Assembly (NCBI GenBank): GCA_003193925.1
Contig: PSPG01000006.1
Span: 33,095 to 97,094 of the forward strand
Length of the DNA: 64,000 nucleotides
Reading direction: 5' to 3'
Origin: Candidatus Thalassarchaeum betae
GTDB lineage: Archaea; Thermoplasmatota; Poseidoniia; Poseidoniales; Thalassarchaeaceae
The notes under the pieces were generated by a model. The model did not search any database. It was not told the origin of the DNA and saw only the letters and a list, made by a program, of their open reading frames with translations. Position 1 is the stretch's first letter. Each line of letters starts with the position of its first letter. Of this stretch, positions 37,367 to 47,777 are shown one piece after another. The position numbers were made by a program, and so were the translations under genes.

Positions 37367-38116
37367 TCACTCGTTAGAGACGCGTGGTGCTAGGAAGTAG
37401 GTCCAGTTGGCACCGCCGTCGTTACTGCTCCAGCTGAGGCAGAGCGGGTACTTGTCCTGAAACTGAATCTGGACATCCTGCGCGAAACCTCGATCGGCCA
37501 GTTTCCTAGTCAGCGGTTCGAGGAACTGCAGGGAGTAGGTCGACTGGGTCGGGGCAGCGCATTTCAGTTCGCTGAGCTCACCGGCCTCGAAGCGGACGTT
37601 CACACCCTCGCCAGCCTCGACGGTCACGCTGACACGCAACTCCTTGCTGTCGAGGCTGAGCTCGACCAACTCGCCGACGAACCTGGCTGCTCGGAGGGCC
37701 CGGGAGAGCTTCTCCGCGCCGATAGTGGCGCTGCAGTTGAAGTCCAATTGGGGCAACTTCGGGTCCTGAAGGGCCCCCGTGTCGAGACCACGCAGGATTC
37801 GGTGGACCGCCCCGACTCTCAGGTTGACTGCCCCGACCGCGTCGTCGTAGTCGATCTCGACGAGGTCGGAAGGTCCTGCCAGCGTCATCAGGTCCCTCAA
37901 CTTGCCGAGCTCGAGCCCGATCTCGACCGGCTCGACCTCGTAGGTCTCGAAGCATGCGTCTGAAATCGTGGCAGAGAGAAGGGCGACGTGCGAGCCGTCG
38001 ACGACCTTGATGCTGAGTCCCTTCTCGCCCCATGACATCTTGGCCTCATCGGTGAGGACCGAGAGCAGTTCGATGATCTCCCGCATAAGTTGGGTGTTCG
38101 CAGTAACTCTGAGCAC
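37367..38116 (-). CDS. pcn: DNA polymerase sliding clamp PCNA
   Basis: VDGSHVAL, STYSLQFL, YPL, YFLAPR. Confidence 0.92.
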   Translation of the reverse strand: MLRVTANTQLMREIIELLSVLTDEAKMSWGEKGLSIKVVDGSHVALLSATISDACFETYEVEPVEIGLELGKLRDLMTLAGPSDLVEIDYDDAVGAVNLRVGAVHRILRGLDTGALQDPKLPQLDFNCSATIGAEKLSRALRAARFVGELVELSLDSKELRVSVTVEAGEGVNVRFEAGELSELKCAAPTQSTYSLQFLEPLTRKLADRGFAQDVQIQFQDKYPLCLSWSSNDGGANWTYFLAPRVSNE

Positions 38117-38187
38117 GGACTCACCTCGGTACGTCGCTCCTGATACTTGGGGGTCTTTCATTCTTCGTAGGCGGCTCTACGGGATTG

Positions 38188-38568
38188 TCATTGGTACTCC
38201 CTAAAGTGCTTCGAGCAGTTCGAGCAGGTGCAGATCTTGGTCTCAGGCTCGTCGCTGGCCCTGGTCTGCTTCAGCTCGACGTAGATTTCGTTACAGTCGC
38301 ATTTGGGGCACCTGATTTCACCTACGCGCAGGGTGCCCCGCGCCACTTCCTCGGCGACGACCTCGGTGAGGTGCCTCAGGCTCTTTTCCGAGCCCGCGGC
38401 AGTGGCGTTGGACAAGTCGACGACCTCACCGGTCATCGGGTCTGTGAAGGTGCCTCCTGAGCCATCGATCCCAGAAAGGGGCCCCTCATACCCACATTTG
38501 TAATTCGGGCACTTGATGTCTCCATCGGGTCTTGGGAACGCCAAAGAACCGCATTCAGGACAAAACAT
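38188..38568 (-). CDS. tfs: Transcription elongation factor TFS
   Basis: FCPECGS N-terminal ribbon, CPKC..QTRASDEPET..CSNC. Confidence 0.93.
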   Translation of the reverse strand: MFCPECGSLAFPRPDGDIKCPNYKCGYEGPLSGIDGSGGTFTDPMTGEVVDLSNATAAGSEKSLRHLTEVVAEEVARGTLRVGEIRCPKCDCNEIYVELKQTRASDEPETKICTCSNCSKHFREYQ

Positions 38569-38738
38569 CTACTCACTAAGCCTAACCGGTTTTCCACCAC
38601 GCCGAACAAGGACAATCAAACCGTCTATTCAATTTATCCTTTCCTCGGCCAGCCTCGCAGCCCTGCAATCGCGTATCCCATTAACGCACTCTGCGAGCCG
38701 ACCGCACCGTTGAAGCGAGAAGGCGCCACGGGGGATTC

Positions 38739-39743
38739 GTGCGGATTCACTTCGATTGGAGACTCGCTCGAGCCATCGATTCCGACGGCAACGTCGTCGA
38801 TGAGCTGGACTGGTCTTCCAAGAGGTCTGTCGGAGCCCTGGCTGACAGGCTGGCCGAGCTCCAATCCGGCAGACTGAGCCCCGAGGCAAGGACTCTGGCC
38901 GAGAGATTCGCCGATGCCGAGGCAGATCATCTGGGGGCGATGTCCGATTCGGGCTGGCCCGAGCTGGATGAGGATGAGCAGGCACTGTTCTCCGAGGCCA
39001 CTGACAGGCTGGCTAGGAGGGGCGTTGCCGATGCCGCCGCAGATTTCGACAGGCGCCTCGATATGCTCTCGTCCGCGGCGAGCGAGCTCCGAGCATCTTG
39101 GACGACAAGCGAGGCGCGATGCGTGGAGTGGGCAGGACTCTTCCTAGCCGAGCTCGACCTTGACGGCCAGCGTCGTGAGATACCCTGCGCTGTGGCAGAG
39201 GCAGGCTCGATAGACGAAGCGGCTGAGGCGCTGGGAATCTCAGCTCCTGAGCATAAGCCATCGTCTGCAGAATGGGAGGCTCTGAGGGGTCACGCCAGAG
39301 GTGTGGTCGAACTCACCGGAAGGCTGGAAACTGCTGAGGACGCGACCCGGGAACTCGCTCGCGAATACGTCCCGACCCTCAGCAGGGTGGTGGGGCCCCT
39401 AGGCGCGGCTAAGATGATCGTCCTCGCAGGAGGCCGCGAGAGGCTTGCCCGGATGCCCAGCGGCAGCCTGCAGGTACTCGGTGCGAGTAGCGCGATGGCA
39501 GCGCACCGCAGGGGGGCCCCACCGCCGAAGCACTCACCGACACTCTTCTCCCTGCCGCAGATATCGAAGGCACCCCGCTGGGTCAGAGGAAAGATAGCTC
39601 GTTTCATGGCCGGCAAGTGCTCGATTGCAGTCCGGGTGGACCACTTTGATGGGGAACCGTGGGACGAGGAGCAGATAGCCGAGATCAATCGGGAGTGTGA
39701 GAATATCCGCAATCGTTTTCCGAAGCCCCCAAAGAGGGGGTGA
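38739..39743 (+). CDS. nop5: Box C/D RNP protein Nop5
   Basis: LARMPSGSLQVLGA, PPKH, RGKIAR..AVRVD. Confidence 0.9.
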   Translation: MRIHFDWRLARAIDSDGNVVDELDWSSKRSVGALADRLAELQSGRLSPEARTLAERFADAEADHLGAMSDSGWPELDEDEQALFSEATDRLARRGVADAAADFDRRLDMLSSAASELRASWTTSEARCVEWAGLFLAELDLDGQRREIPCAVAEAGSIDEAAEALGISAPEHKPSSAEWEALRGHARGVVELTGRLETAEDATRELAREYVPTLSRVVGPLGAAKMIVLAGGRERLARMPSGSLQVLGASSAMAAHRRGAPPPKHSPTLFSLPQISKAPRWVRGKIARFMAGKCSIAVRVDHFDGEPWDEEQIAEINRECENIRNRFPKPPKRG

Positions 39744-39747
39744 GCGA

Positions 39748-40458
39748 GTGCCTAGAAGGCCTGTGAAGCTGGGCTGGGGAGTCAGGCGCGAGGGCCGCTC
39801 GCTGTGGACTAGGAACGCTGTTCGCGGAATCTCAGTCAGAGGCGAGCGCCGCAAGAGGGACAGCCGCATTGAGTGGCGGGCATGGGACCCCACTCGCTCC
39901 AAGGTCGCGGCGGCGCTTCTGCTAACCGGAAACGACGCATCCGACATGCTTCCCGAGCCGGGCTCTACCTGCCTCTATCTGGGGGCTTCGACAGGTAGCA
40001 CCGTGAGCCACATTCACGATCACGTCTGCGGCGCGGGAAACCATCACGGAGGCCAAGTCGTAGCGGTCGAGATATCGCCTCGGATGATGCGCGATCTGAC
40101 AGCGCTCGCAAGCAAGAGGCCCGGCCTCGTCCCGGTCTTGGGTGATGCCCGAATCCCACATGCGGTAGCCCCCTACATCCGAAGCCAGGCCGACTGGATG
40201 CACCAGGATCTAAGCATCGCCGACCAGGCTCAGACCTTCGTCAAGATGGCCGGCGCCTTCCTCAAGCCGGGAGGCACAGGACTGCTCTCTCTGAAGGCTG
40301 CCAGCGAGCGGTCATCGGACGGCGACGACGACTCTAGGTTCGAGAAGGCCGCGAGAATCCTGGGGGAGTCGGAGCTCGAGGTCGTGGAGAGGATAGACCT
40401 TGCCGGACTAGAGGATCAGCACATCGTATTCCACGTTCTGTTGCCCGCAACTGACTAG
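39748..40458 (+). CDS. flpA: Fibrillarin-like 2'-O-methyltransferase
   Basis: WDPTRSKVAA, LYLGASTGSTVSH, AVEISPR, GDAR. Confidence 0.93.
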   Translation: MPRRPVKLGWGVRREGRSLWTRNAVRGISVRGERRKRDSRIEWRAWDPTRSKVAAALLLTGNDASDMLPEPGSTCLYLGASTGSTVSHIHDHVCGAGNHHGGQVVAVEISPRMMRDLTALASKRPGLVPVLGDARIPHAVAPYIRSQADWMHQDLSIADQAQTFVKMAGAFLKPGGTGLLSLKAASERSSDGDDDSRFEKAARILGESELEVVERIDLAGLEDQHIVFHVLLPATD

Positions 40459-40874
40459 CCGCCGAGGGTAAAACCGGCGCCGCCCAGCAAGACGGCGCCG
40501 AACAATACTCCACCCGCAATTATCAGGAGTGCGAGATAGTTCATCACAAGGCCGGCTATCGCCATCCCTCTGCCTTCACCACCCATCTCCTTCGCCTTGT
40601 TGATGCCCATGTGGCCGGTGACAATCCCAGCGATCATAGCGAATGGAATCAAGCATACGGTGAAGCACAGTCCCGACAGGACGATGCAGACCCAAGTCAC
40701 GATTCCCATGACCATTGAGATAGTCGCTACATCGTTGCTCTGGGGGATTTTCATCAGCGGTTGCACGTAGGCGCTGGCCTGACCCGAGGCGGCGTATGGG
40801 TTGGGTTCTGCAGACTCGTCCGAGCCAGCACTGGGGGTGCCCGAGAGCACCACTGTCTCCGGCTCTTCTTCCAC
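40455..40874 (-). CDS. DUF4190-like membrane protein
   Basis: ATISMVMGI..GIVTGHMG..GRGMAIAGLVMNY. Confidence 0.8.
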   Translation of the reverse strand: MEEEPETVVLSGTPSAGSDESAEPNPYAASGQASAYVQPLMKIPQSNDVATISMVMGIVTWVCIVLSGLCFTVCLIPFAMIAGIVTGHMGINKAKEMGGEGRGMAIAGLVMNYLALLIIAGGVLFGAVLLGGAGFTLGG

Positions 40875-40956
40875 GGCTCTCGGTATCGCACCGCCAATTG
40901 AAACTACCCCTGCGCCCCCGCGTCACAATGAAGGAGCCGCACAGACTCGGAACCCC

Positions 40957-41811
40957 GTGCCCGAGTATCCGGAGGTGTGTACGGTCCGACTCGGTCTCGA
41001 GAGGCACCTCGTCGGCAGACGAATCATCGACATCGAGCTTCGACGGCCTGACCTCCGCTTCCCCTTCCCCCCCGGGTTCGATCAGCTCCTGCGAGGCAGG
41101 GCGGTCCAGAGGATCGACCAACGCGGCAAGTACCTCCTGCTCAGACTCGATGAGGGCGAGTACACCTGGCTGAGCCACTTGGGAATGTCCGGCCGCTGGA
41201 CCCTGCTGGGAGCGGAAAGTGAGGATAGCGACGAGGGTCCGCACGACTGGGTCGTGGTGCACCTAGACAACGGCGAGCGAGCGGTCTATTCGGACCACCG
41301 CCGCTTCGGTTTCATGGACTTCTTCCCCACCGACGAGCAGGAGCAGCACGAGCTGCTCGCGCATCTGGGGCCAGACCCGACCCCTGACCATCTGACCCCG
41401 ATGGATCTGGCCGAGAGGCTCCGCGGCCGCAGGACTCCGATGAAGGCCGCGCTGCTCGACCAGAAGACGGTCGCGGGCCTTGGCAATATCTACGTCTGCG
41501 AGATCCTGCATCGCGCGGGAGTATCACCTCGCAGGTCGGCAGCGAATGTAGCGGGAAAGTCGGGGGTGACCAGACGAGTCGAGAGGATAACCGCCGCCAC
41601 GCACGACGTTATCACCGAGGCGATCGACGCCGGTGGTTCTAGCATCAGCGACTTCGTCGGCGTCGGCGGCGCCCTCGGTTACTTCACTCGTAGCCACCAG
41701 GTCTACGGCAGGGAGGGCGAGCCCTGCCTCACTGAGGGTTGCGATGCGACCATCCGGCGCTTCGTGCAGTCCGGGCGCTCGACCTTCTACTGCCCGGGCT
41801 GCCAGCGCTGA
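40957..41811 (+). CDS. mutM: Formamidopyrimidine-DNA glycosylase
   Basis: N-terminal PEYPEV, RGKYL, HLGMSG, GLGNIY, zinc finger GRSTFYCPGCQ. Confidence 0.95.
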   Translation: MPEYPEVCTVRLGLERHLVGRRIIDIELRRPDLRFPFPPGFDQLLRGRAVQRIDQRGKYLLLRLDEGEYTWLSHLGMSGRWTLLGAESEDSDEGPHDWVVVHLDNGERAVYSDHRRFGFMDFFPTDEQEQHELLAHLGPDPTPDHLTPMDLAERLRGRRTPMKAALLDQKTVAGLGNIYVCEILHRAGVSPRRSAANVAGKSGVTRRVERITAATHDVITEAIDAGGSSISDFVGVGGALGYFTRSHQVYGREGEPCLTEGCDATIRRFVQSGRSTFYCPGCQR

Positions 41812-41859
41812 ACTACCACCGATCTTCTTGGAACTCCCAGTCGTGGCTCATCGCATCGC

Positions 41860-44800
41860 CTACATGTTGCGCCGGAACTTTCCACCTGTCTCAAACAGTG
41901 CTTGGGTGACTTGTCCGACGGTGCAGTGCTCGACGATGTCCATCATCACCTCGAACAGGTTCCCGCCCTTGCGAGCGACCTGCTTGAGCCTCGCCAGACC
42001 TTCCTCGGCCTCGGCCGCGTGAGCCTCCTTAAACGCCTTGTTGCGTTCGATCACCATCTGCCTCTCGGCCTCGTCAGAGCGCGTGACATCGACGTCGAAG
42101 TCGTCGGCCGACATCACCGCCGACCCCTCGTCGACGTAAGTGTTGACGCCGATGATCGGTAGCTCGCCGGAGTGCTTGCGGTGCTCGTAGACCATCGACT
42201 CGTCCTGGATGCGGTTGCGCTGGTAGTTGACCTCCAGAGAGCCCAGCACGCCACCGCGGGCGTGCATCTCCTCGAAGATCCTCAGCACCTGCTCCTCGAC
42301 GTTGTCGGTCAGCCACCCGGCGATGTATGAGCCCTGCAGCGGGTTCTCGTTCTGCAGCCAGCCGTACTCCTTCGAGAGGATGAGCTGGATCGCCACAGCG
42401 TCGCGCACCGTGTCCTCGGTGGGGGTGCCGAAGGCCTCGTCACGGCTGTTGGTGTGCAGGCTGTTGGCGTTGTCCGCCAGTGCGTAGAGCGCCTGCAGGG
42501 TGGTGCGGTAGTCGTTCCATGTGAACTCCTGCGAGTGCAGGCTGCGCCCGCTCCCCTGGATGTGGTACTTGAGCTTCTGACCGCGCTCGTCGACCCGGTA
42601 GAGGTCGCGCATGGCAATCGCCCAGATTCGCCTACAGACGCGCCCAATCACTGCGTATTCGGGGTCCATCCCGTTGGAGAAGAACCAGCTGAAGTTGCGT
42701 AGGAACTTGTCTGCGTCGAGCCCGCGCGTGTTGAATAATTCGACGTAGGTCAGGCCGTTCGAGAGAGTGAGAGCGGCCTGCGATATCGGGTTGGCGCCCG
42801 CCTCGTCGATGTGGTAGCCGCTGATACTGACGAAGTAGTGGTTCCTGACCTCGTTCTCGACATAGAACTCCGCGACGTCCCCCATCATCCGCAATGCTGT
42901 GTCGAGGTTGAAGACCAGTGTGTTCTGACCCATCGCCTCCTTGAGTTGGTCCGCCTGGACGGTGCCCCTTACCGTGCTCAGCGTCCGCGCCCTGATCTCG
43001 GCCCGCTCGTCGTCGGACGGCTGTCTGCCGTTCTCCTCCTCGAACTTCGCCACCTGCTGTCGGATGGCCACGGTGAAGAAGGCGGCAAGGTGCCACCAGT
43101 AGTTGCCGTTGATGGTCTTGGAGACCGAGGTGTTGGCAGCACACAGGTCGAAGCCCTCAAACAGCTTCTCCATCTCTTCCACCGTGCTGATGCTAACGCC
43201 CGACTCGCAGACCTTGCCGAAGATGTCGAGCCTTTCCACCGGGTCGTGGCCGTACAGGCTGGGAGAGTCGAATGCGACCGAGATCCGGTTGAACGGCTGG
43301 CCCTGCGAGAGGAAGTGGTAGCGCTTGTTGGTGCGCTCGGCGCTGCCCTCGCCGGCGAACATGCGGACGGGCAGCTCGTCCTCGCGCCTGAACGGGAACA
43401 CTCCGCCAGTGTAGGGGAAAACTCCCGGCGCGTTCTCCTTGCGGATCCACTCGAGGCGCTCGCCCCAGTCCTCGGTGTCCGGGAGGGCGACCCTCGGGAG
43501 GTCGAGCCCCGAGAGGGTGGTCTTGGTGGTCTCGACCGAGATCTCCTCTCCTCTGACCGTGTAGGTCGCTCGGCCAGAGCGGTAAGCCTCTGCACGCTCA
43601 TCGAACTCCTCCAGCGCCAGCCACGCCTCATCGGAAACGGCAGCCCTCACGCTTGCAGCCTCCACATCCAGGTCGGATGCAGCGTCGTCCTTGCCGGACT
43701 TGCGCATCTGCCTTGACGCCGCTTCCAATTGCTGGACCAGCCTGACTTGGGATGACACCTCGGCGGTCCTGTCGTGGTAGCCTCGTACCGCGGCGGTGAC
43801 CTCAGCGAGGTAGCCCTGCCTCTCGGGAGGAATCGGGGCCGATTTGTGGGGTAACCCACCGGCATTGAGTCTGGGCTCGGAGGCAGCGAACTCGGTCCCC
43901 TGCCGGTCATTGAGCATCGTCGCAAGCCTTTGCCACAGCTGGTCCACGCCCGCGTTGGCGAACTGGCTGGCGATGGTCGGGATGACTGGGAGTGTGCTGT
44001 CTTCAGCATCCCACATCTCGCGGTTGCGCTTGAACTGCTTTCGAATCTCGGAGAGCGCGTCTTCGGAACCCCTTCGGTCGAACTTGTTGAGAACGACTAT
44101 GTCCGCGGCATCGAGCATCTCGAGCTTCTCGAGCTGGCTCGGAGCGCCGTACTCGCGAGTTGTGACGTACATCGATACGTCAGCGACCTCGGTGATGGCG
44201 TCGTCGCCCTGGCCGATGCCGCTGGTCTCAACCAGCACGAGGTCGAAGCCGACCGACTGGCAGGCCTCGATCGCTCTGCCGACGCAGTCAGCGATTTCCC
44301 TGCCGCTGGCGCGGCTTGCGAACGAGCGCATGAACAGGTGCTCGTCGGAAAGCGAGTTCATCCTGATCCTATCGCCCAGAAGCGCACCTCCGGTGCGCTT
44401 GCGTGTGGGGTCCGTTGCCAGCAGCGCGACCCTCTTGCCTGGATTGTCGCGCTGGACTCTCAGCATGATCTCGTCCATCAGGCTTGACTTGCCCGCACCT
44501 CCGGTCCCGGTCAGCCCGACTACCGGGCAAGCATCCTCCTCCGCGCACGAGCGCACGCGCTCGAGGGTCGAGGCAAACGTCCCCTCATCGCCGTTCTCGG
44601 CCAGAGTGAGCAGTCGAGCCACGGCGCCGTGGTCCGCAGCGGTGATGGGTCCGGTGAGCGAATCGAAGCGAGACTCGTCGAGCAGGTCGATTCCTAGAGC
44701 TGTGTCCATGGCGTCCTGCACCATGCCCACCAGCCCCATCTGGCGACCGTCGTCGGGCGAGTAGATGCGGGCGATTCCGCTATCTCCGAGTTGTTTGATC

Positions 44801-45156
44801 TCGTTCGGCAGTATCGTCCCCCCTCCACCTCCGAACAGGAAGACGTGGCCGAAGCCAGCTTCGTCGAGAATCTCCTTGGTGTGGGTGAACATCTCCACGG
44901 CACCGCCCTGATAGGACGTGATCGCAACGGCGTGAGCATCCTCCTGGATGGCCGCGCGTGCGACCTCGTCGGCCCCGCGGTCGTGCCCGAGATGGATGAC
45001 CTCGCAGCCCTGGCTCTGCAGGATCCTGCGAAAGATCCCTATGGCCACATCGTGACCATCGAAGATGGCCGCAGCAGTAACGACTCGCAGCGGCATGCGA
45101 CCGCCCGAGGCACGGGCGGAATCACCCGAAACGCCATCCTCAGCACCGCTAACCAT
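41860..45156 (-). CDS. icmF: Fused isobutyryl-CoA mutase / MeaB GTPase
   Basis: B12 domain FDGHD, GTGGAGKSS, GGALLGDRIRMN, RMFAGEG, ISGYHI, C-terminal RRNM. Confidence 0.92.
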   Translation of the reverse strand: MVSGAEDGVSGDSARASGGRMPLRVVTAAAIFDGHDVAIGIFRRILQSQGCEVIHLGHDRGADEVARAAIQEDAHAVAITSYQGGAVEMFTHTKEILDEAGFGHVFLFGGGGGTILPNEIKQLGDSGIARIYSPDDGRQMGLVGMVQDAMDTALGIDLLDESRFDSLTGPITAADHGAVARLLTLAENGDEGTFASTLERVRSCAEEDACPVVGLTGTGGAGKSSLMDEIMLRVQRDNPGKRVALLATDPTRKRTGGALLGDRIRMNSLSDEHLFMRSFASRASGREIADCVGRAIEACQSVGFDLVLVETSGIGQGDDAITEVADVSMYVTTREYGAPSQLEKLEMLDAADIVVLNKFDRRGSEDALSEIRKQFKRNREMWDAEDSTLPVIPTIASQFANAGVDQLWQRLATMLNDRQGTEFAASEPRLNAGGLPHKSAPIPPERQGYLAEVTAAVRGYHDRTAEVSSQVRLVQQLEAASRQMRKSGKDDAASDLDVEAASVRAAVSDEAWLALEEFDERAEAYRSGRATYTVRGEEISVETTKTTLSGLDLPRVALPDTEDWGERLEWIRKENAPGVFPYTGGVFPFRREDELPVRMFAGEGSAERTNKRYHFLSQGQPFNRISVAFDSPSLYGHDPVERLDIFGKVCESGVSISTVEEMEKLFEGFDLCAANTSVSKTINGNYWWHLAAFFTVAIRQQVAKFEEENGRQPSDDERAEIRARTLSTVRGTVQADQLKEAMGQNTLVFNLDTALRMMGDVAEFYVENEVRNHYFVSISGYHIDEAGANPISQAALTLSNGLTYVELFNTRGLDADKFLRNFSWFFSNGMDPEYAVIGRVCRRIWAIAMRDLYRVDERGQKLKYHIQGSGRSLHSQEFTWNDYRTTLQALYALADNANSLHTNSRDEAFGTPTEDTVRDAVAIQLILSKEYGWLQNENPLQGSYIAGWLTDNVEEQVLRIFEEMHARGGVLGSLEVNYQRNRIQDESMVYEHRKHSGELPIIGVNTYVDEGSAVMSADDFDVDVTRSDEAERQMVIERNKAFKEAHAAEAEEGLARLKQVARKGGNLFEVMMDIVEHCTVGQVTQALFETGGKFRRNM

Positions 45157-45269
45157 GCTAATTCGGACCCTGCGGGTCCACAAGAATGCGCCGCCCACTG
45201 ATAATAGGCCAATATCGACCTGTCCGGGACTTAGCTCAGGACCTTCGCCTGCCCTTTGCCATACTGTGA

Positions 45270-45902
45270 TCACAGGTAGCCGCCGAACAGAAGTCCGGCG
45301 AAGAAGAACATCAGCAGGCCCATCGCCGCATCGATCCTGTGCGCCTGCGAACGCAGCTTCGCAACCCCGTCACCGCGGGTCAGCACAGTGGCCACGGTCA
45401 CATACCAGGTGGAATCTATGGTCATGCCCAGAAGACCCATGCCAAGGAGAGTCTGCATTCCCATTTCAGCCTCGATGAAGGGGGCGTATAACGCTAGCAT
45501 CCAGGCTAAAATCTTCGGATTGAGGAGGGCTATTGCGAACCCCTGGGCGAAGCCCGCACGGCCTGAAGGGCCGTGTTCGTCATCAGGGGAATGCTCGTAC
45601 GGGCCCGAGAGAGCGTGCTTGAGGAACGTGTAGCCGAGCCAGACCAGCAGCGCCGTCCCGCCCCACCTGAGTATGACCACTGTGGAATCGTGAAGAGTTA
45701 GAGCGGTGGCGATACCAGCGGCGGCTAGGAAGGCGTAGATGCCGAAGCCGATGCCGTGACCTAACCCTGTCATCACGCCCTGCGTGCGACCTCCTACCAT
45801 GGTGTTGCGAAGTATCACAGCAAGACTCGGCCCGGGGCTCATCGCACCTAGAATGAACACGGTGGCCAGAGCCACCCAAGCCTCGGGTGTCAACGGGATC
45901 AC
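45270..45902 (-). CDS. LysE-family exporter
   Basis: SPGPS, LLNPK, multiple TM segments. Confidence 0.9.
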   Translation of the reverse strand: MIPLTPEAWVALATVFILGAMSPGPSLAVILRNTMVGGRTQGVMTGLGHGIGFGIYAFLAAAGIATALTLHDSTVVILRWGGTALLVWLGYTFLKHALSGPYEHSPDDEHGPSGRAGFAQGFAIALLNPKILAWMLALYAPFIEAEMGMQTLLGMGLLGMTIDSTWYVTVATVLTRGDGVAKLRSQAHRIDAAMGLLMFFFAGLLFGGYL

Positions 45903-45914
45903 CCGTTATGGCGA

Positions 45915-47711
45915 TCAGGCGTACATCGCTTCAATCTCATCAGCCCAGTTCTCGCGGATCTGCTTCCTGCGAATCTTCAGAGTGGGTGTCAGCTCACCAG
46001 CGTCTACGTTGAGGTCTCGAGGCAGCACGGTGAACTTCTTGATCTGCTCCGGGCTACTGAACTTCTGATTCAGTTCGGCTACAGCAGCCTCGAGTTGCTT
46101 ATGCGTCTCGCTTCCGACCGCTGTGTACTCGGACAGGTCGTGGCCCAGTTCGGCCAGCCTAGCGAGCTGCTCCCCGGGGTCCTTCGGGACCTCGGTCGCT
46201 CCGTCGAGGCCGTGCACGTCACGCAGAATCGCGCCAACGTCCAGCGTAAACAGGGCGCTGCAGAACTTGCGGTTATCGCCGATGAGCATGCACTGCGAGA
46301 CCACCGGGATGCCCTTCATCGTCTCCTCGATCACCAGCGGAGCTATGTTCTTGCCAGCCGAAGAGACGTATATCTCCTTGATTCTGCCAGTGATGTAGAC
46401 ATAGCCGTCCGAGTCGATGCGGCCGAGGTCGCCGGACTTGAGCCAGCCGTCCTCGGTCATCGTCTCAGAGGTGGCCTCTGGGTCGCGGTAGTATCCGGCC
46501 ATCACGTGCCGGCCGTTGAACTGGATCTCGCCCTCGCCGTTCTCGTTGGCATCGCCAATCCTCAGTTCGGTCCCCTCCATCGGCTTGCCGACGCTGCCGA
46601 TCTTGTTGTTGCCGTCGTAGTTCAGCGTGGCTCCCGCAGTGGTCTCGGTCATGCCATAGCCCTCGTAGAGCGGGATCCCCAGCTTTTGGAAGAGGTTCAG
46701 GATGTCGGGATTGATCGGCGCTGCGCCGGTGATGGCGTATTTGGTGTTGGAGAAACCGATCGCCGCCCTCGCCTTCTTCCTGATGATGCCACCGAGCACT
46801 GGTACCCTGAGGAGCTTGAGCTTGCTGCCGAGGCCCGCCATGAGGTTCGAGTAGACCTTCTCGTAGATTCTCGGGACTCCGATGAACAGGTGGGGCTGGA
46901 CCTCCTTGCAGTAGTCTATCGAGTGCAGCGGGTTGTCGACCACGCGCATGTGCATGGCATCGCGGATCCAGATGTGGTTGTCGGCTAGCTGTCCAAAGAC
47001 ATGGGCACAGGGCAGCCACGAGACGTAACCGTCGCCCTGGTTGTAGCGAGTGACTTGCTGGACGCTCCAGATCTCGAACTCGAAGTTGTCATGGGTCAGA
47101 ACGACTCCCTTCGGGTTACCAGTGGTACCGGACGTGTAGATCAGGGCCGCGGTGTCCGAGGGCTTGATGCTCGAGATGCGGTCCGTGACCGCTGAGTCCG
47201 GCATCCCGGCCCCCTTCGACATGAAGTCGGACCACGACATCGCCTTGGGGTGGTCGATCATCTCGACGCCGTCCAACACCACTGCGACCTCGACCTTGTG
47301 CAGGTCATCGAGGACACTGAGGAGCCTGTTGCTGCACTTCTTGTCCGCATCGCCGCCGTCCATCGGGTTGTGCCCCACGAAGACCACCTTGGAGTCGGAG
47401 TTGCCGACGACCCAGTTCACCTCGTCGGGCGAGCAGGTGTGGTAGACGCCGACTGCGGAGCCGTTGCACATGTTGGCCGCGGCGTAGGCCGCGTACCACT
47501 CCATCCGGTTGTACGAGTAGATGCTCAGCTTGTCGTCGATCTGGAAGCCCAGGGCGAGCAGCGACTTGGACACTCCCATAGCGGTGCCGCAGAACTCGGA
47601 CCAGGTCATGTTGACCCAGTTCCCGGACGGGCCCTTCCAGGATATCGCGTTCTCGTTGGCGTATTTCTCGGCGTTTGAAAGCAGGTACTGAGGCGTGGTC
47701 ATCGCTGACAT
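45915..47711 (-). CDS. Long-chain fatty-acid-CoA ligase
   Basis: YTSGTTGNPKG, GYGMTET, SGDLG, GRIKE, LTPTLKIRR. Confidence 0.95.
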   Translation of the reverse strand: MSAMTTPQYLLSNAEKYANENAISWKGPSGNWVNMTWSEFCGTAMGVSKSLLALGFQIDDKLSIYSYNRMEWYAAYAAANMCNGSAVGVYHTCSPDEVNWVVGNSDSKVVFVGHNPMDGGDADKKCSNRLLSVLDDLHKVEVAVVLDGVEMIDHPKAMSWSDFMSKGAGMPDSAVTDRISSIKPSDTAALIYTSGTTGNPKGVVLTHDNFEFEIWSVQQVTRYNQGDGYVSWLPCAHVFGQLADNHIWIRDAMHMRVVDNPLHSIDYCKEVQPHLFIGVPRIYEKVYSNLMAGLGSKLKLLRVPVLGGIIRKKARAAIGFSNTKYAITGAAPINPDILNLFQKLGIPLYEGYGMTETTAGATLNYDGNNKIGSVGKPMEGTELRIGDANENGEGEIQFNGRHVMAGYYRDPEATSETMTEDGWLKSGDLGRIDSDGYVYITGRIKEIYVSSAGKNIAPLVIEETMKGIPVVSQCMLIGDNRKFCSALFTLDVGAILRDVHGLDGATEVPKDPGEQLARLAELGHDLSEYTAVGSETHKQLEAAVAELNQKFSSPEQIKKFTVLPRDLNVDAGELTPTLKIRRKQIRENWADEIEAMYA

Positions 47712-47777
47712 GCCTCAGGACAGAACATTTGCCGACTTAATTGTTTACTAGCCCCAGAGAGGCTATCTCTCGAAGGC

